Shown here: positions 14,298 to 15,704 of the stretch, one piece after another | Numbering within the stretch: position 1 is the stretch's first letter | Layout: every line of letters starts with the position of its first letter | Source: Abditibacteriaceae bacterium | Lineage (GTDB): Bacteria > Armatimonadota > Abditibacteriia > Abditibacteriales > Abditibacteriaceae | NCBI GenBank assembly: GCA_031372065.1 | Contig: JANMKN010000404.1 | Span: 1-15,704 of the forward strand | Direction of reading: 5' to 3' | Length of the DNA stretch: 15,704 nt | Translations under genes and position numbers: made by a program | The notes under the pieces: generated by a model | Databases searched by the model: none | Seen by the model: the letters and a program-made list of their open reading frames with translations, nothing else | Told to the model about the DNA's origin: nothing

Positions 14298-15059
14298 ATG
14301 AACGACGATAATGCTGTAAATGACGCCGTGAGCGACGCGGATTCGGAGACGCCCCCGATGGAGCCAACCGAAACACAGCCAACCGAAACGGAGCCGGAAG
14401 CGGAGCCGCAGTCGAATACATGGACAGGCAAAACCCATCAAAACCTCAAGGTGGTTTTGACTGAAATGCAAGTGCTGGCCCACGGACGCGAGCAAGCCAA
14501 ACTGCTACAAAGCCTCGCCCGCACTGAAGAGGAAGAAAAGCAAGTCAAAGCACAATACAAAGCCAAGAAGGAAAAGCTGCTCGCCGAAATCAAATTCGAA
14601 TCGCAGATCGTCAACAACGGCTACATCTTCAAAGAAATCGAGTGTGAGGTGCGCTTTAACAGCCCGCTGAATGGCGAGAAGACAATTGTGCGCCTCGACA
14701 CCGGCGATGTGGTCGGCATTGAAATGATGGACTATCACGAGATGCGGCGCCCTGTCACTCAGCACGAATTGTTCCCTCAGAACGAAGTCGCTGCGGCCAC
14801 TGATGTAAGCGATGAATCCGAAGAAGTTGAAGGCGACGAAGAGGCTGATCAGGAAACCAATCAAAAAGACAGCACTGCCGAGATATTCCCTGTCAATGGT
14901 GCCACACCAAATGGTTATCATTTTGAGAAAGACCTGCCACCGGTGCCAGAGTTACCCCAGATGATGGACGAGGCCAACGACAATGCACACGGAAGTCTCT
15001 CTGTTGATTCCCCAGAGGCTACGTCCAAGAAGCGCAGCCGTAAAGCGGCCTCAGCATAA
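14298..15059 (+). CDS. Acidic phage protein with central coiled-coil/beta domain
   Basis: RBS AAGGAG before ATG 14298; P/T/E-rich N-terminus, core LKVVLT...IVRLDTG...QHELF, acidic C-terminus. Confidence 0.8.
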   Translation: MNDDNAVNDAVSDADSETPPMEPTETQPTETEPEAEPQSNTWTGKTHQNLKVVLTEMQVLAHGREQAKLLQSLARTEEEEKQVKAQYKAKKEKLLAEIKFESQIVNNGYIFKEIECEVRFNSPLNGEKTIVRLDTGDVVGIEMMDYHEMRRPVTQHELFPQNEVAAATDVSDESEEVEGDEEADQETNQKDSTAEIFPVNGATPNGYHFEKDLPPVPELPQMMDEANDNAHGSLSVDSPEATSKKRSRKAASA

Positions 15060-15060
15060 A

Positions 15061-15113
15061 CGAACAGGGGCGCCACGGTTTTCGGATGATCGAATCTGTG
15101 GCGCTCCTATTCG
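15061..15113 (+). terminator. Long hairpin after the stop codon (terminator or processing site)
   Basis: CGAACAGGGGCGCCACGG pairs with CTGTGGCGCTCCTATTCG (two G-U pairs, one mismatch); only a weak U-tract. Confidence 0.5.
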
Positions 15114-15147
15114 TTTCATCAAAAGAGCAACGAAAGAAGGGATTTTA

Positions 15148-15704
15148 GTGACAAATGAACTCGCTACCGTGCAAAACGGTATTCAACATGGCGCGCAAGC
15201 TGGTATTCAAACAGCGCAAAACGGCGCCGCGTTATCACCAGCCATGACGGTCAATCAGGCCGTGCTGCAATACAAACTCATCCAAAAAATTGTGAGCGAT
15301 GTTTTAGTGGAAGGGCGCGATTACGGTGTTATTCCCGGCACGCGCGGCGGGCCATCGCTGTGGAAGCCGGGCGCCGAAAAGTTGTGCGGCGTTTTTGGTT
15401 TGGCGGTGACTATCGCCCATGTTGCCACCAAGCAGCAGGAAAACTTTCTGGAATATCAAATCACCGTGGAACTGGTTTCGCGGCACACCGGCGCCGTTGT
15501 CGGGCAAGGCATCGGCTCGTGCAATTCGCAGGAGAAGAAATACAAAAACGTGTCCGTGGCCGACTGCGCGAACACGCTGCTAAAAATGGCAAAGAAGCGC
15601 GCGCAGATTGATGCGGTTTTGAGCGCAACGGGCGCCAGCGGCTTCTTTGAGGATGAAGACGAAGTAACACCCGCGCAGCGCCCACAAAACACATCGCAAA
15701 CCAC
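15148..15704 (+). CDS. Putative single-strand annealing protein (Rad52/Erf/Red-beta superfamily-like); runs off the window
   Basis: Not in the ORF track. GTG 15148 after AAGGGA, open to the window end: DYGVIPGT..PSLWKPGAEKL...GQGIGSCNSQEKKY...NTLLKMAKKRAQIDAVL. Confidence 0.65.
   Translation, partial: MTNELATVQNGIQHGAQAGIQTAQNGAALSPAMTVNQAVLQYKLIQKIVSDVLVEGRDYGVIPGTRGGPSLWKPGAEKLCGVFGLAVTIAHVATKQQENFLEYQITVELVSRHTGAVVGQGIGSCNSQEKKYKNVSVADCANTLLKMAKKRAQIDAVLSATGASGFFEDEDEVTPAQRPQNTSQT

Larger units (their letters stand above)
1271..15704. mobile_element. Prophage or phage-like integrative element inserted in tRNA-Asp; left end only
   Basis: tRNA 3' fragment at the boundary, S24 repressor divergent from an operon of short overlapping genes, excisionase-like HTH and SSAP-like gene. 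No structural genes or integrase in the window. Confidence 0.88.

Noticed and set aside
9476..15704. Minus-strand ORFs across the early operon (e.g. 11313..11897, 14505..14921, 15456..15704) and plus-strand 15360..15611
   Set aside because: They oppose or overlap a tightly coupled plus-strand operon with good RBSs; 15148 onward is the motif-bearing frame.

Overview
The window spans a host/prophage junction. Bases 1-~930 are host-type sequence: the 5' part of a secreted GQSN-motif (SASA/sialate O-acetylesterase-like) esterase and a decayed gene fragment. At 1236-1278 (-) is only the 3' half of a tRNA-Asp(GTC), broken at the anticodon loop, which marks the att end of an element running past the right edge. 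Inside are a divergent ParB-like gene, an AT-richer cargo block (wHTH/N-G-Q-rich protein, SPPY-type DNA methyltransferase convergent with a DUF262-HNH nuclease, lone receiver domain, small ORFs), a CI/LexA-like S24 repressor apparently using two ribbon-helix-helix domains, a divergent switch region and a rightward early operon (excisionase-like HTH, SWIM and Zn-ribbon proteins, XRE HTHs, small membrane proteins, a Rad52-like annealing protein). No integrase or virion genes are visible. The main observation: the last ~11-13 codons of the repressor gene (VAVCRGVLEKVFD*) recur as four diverged, mostly synonymously changed copies at 7960, 7374, 6877 and 6432. Each sits 2-20 nt upstream of a different cargo gene, forming a cassette-like array downstream of the repressor. 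The first cassette is a 270-bp inverted-repeat-bounded unit encoding an unlisted 38-aa basic peptide. All family calls come from motif recognition, not database searches.
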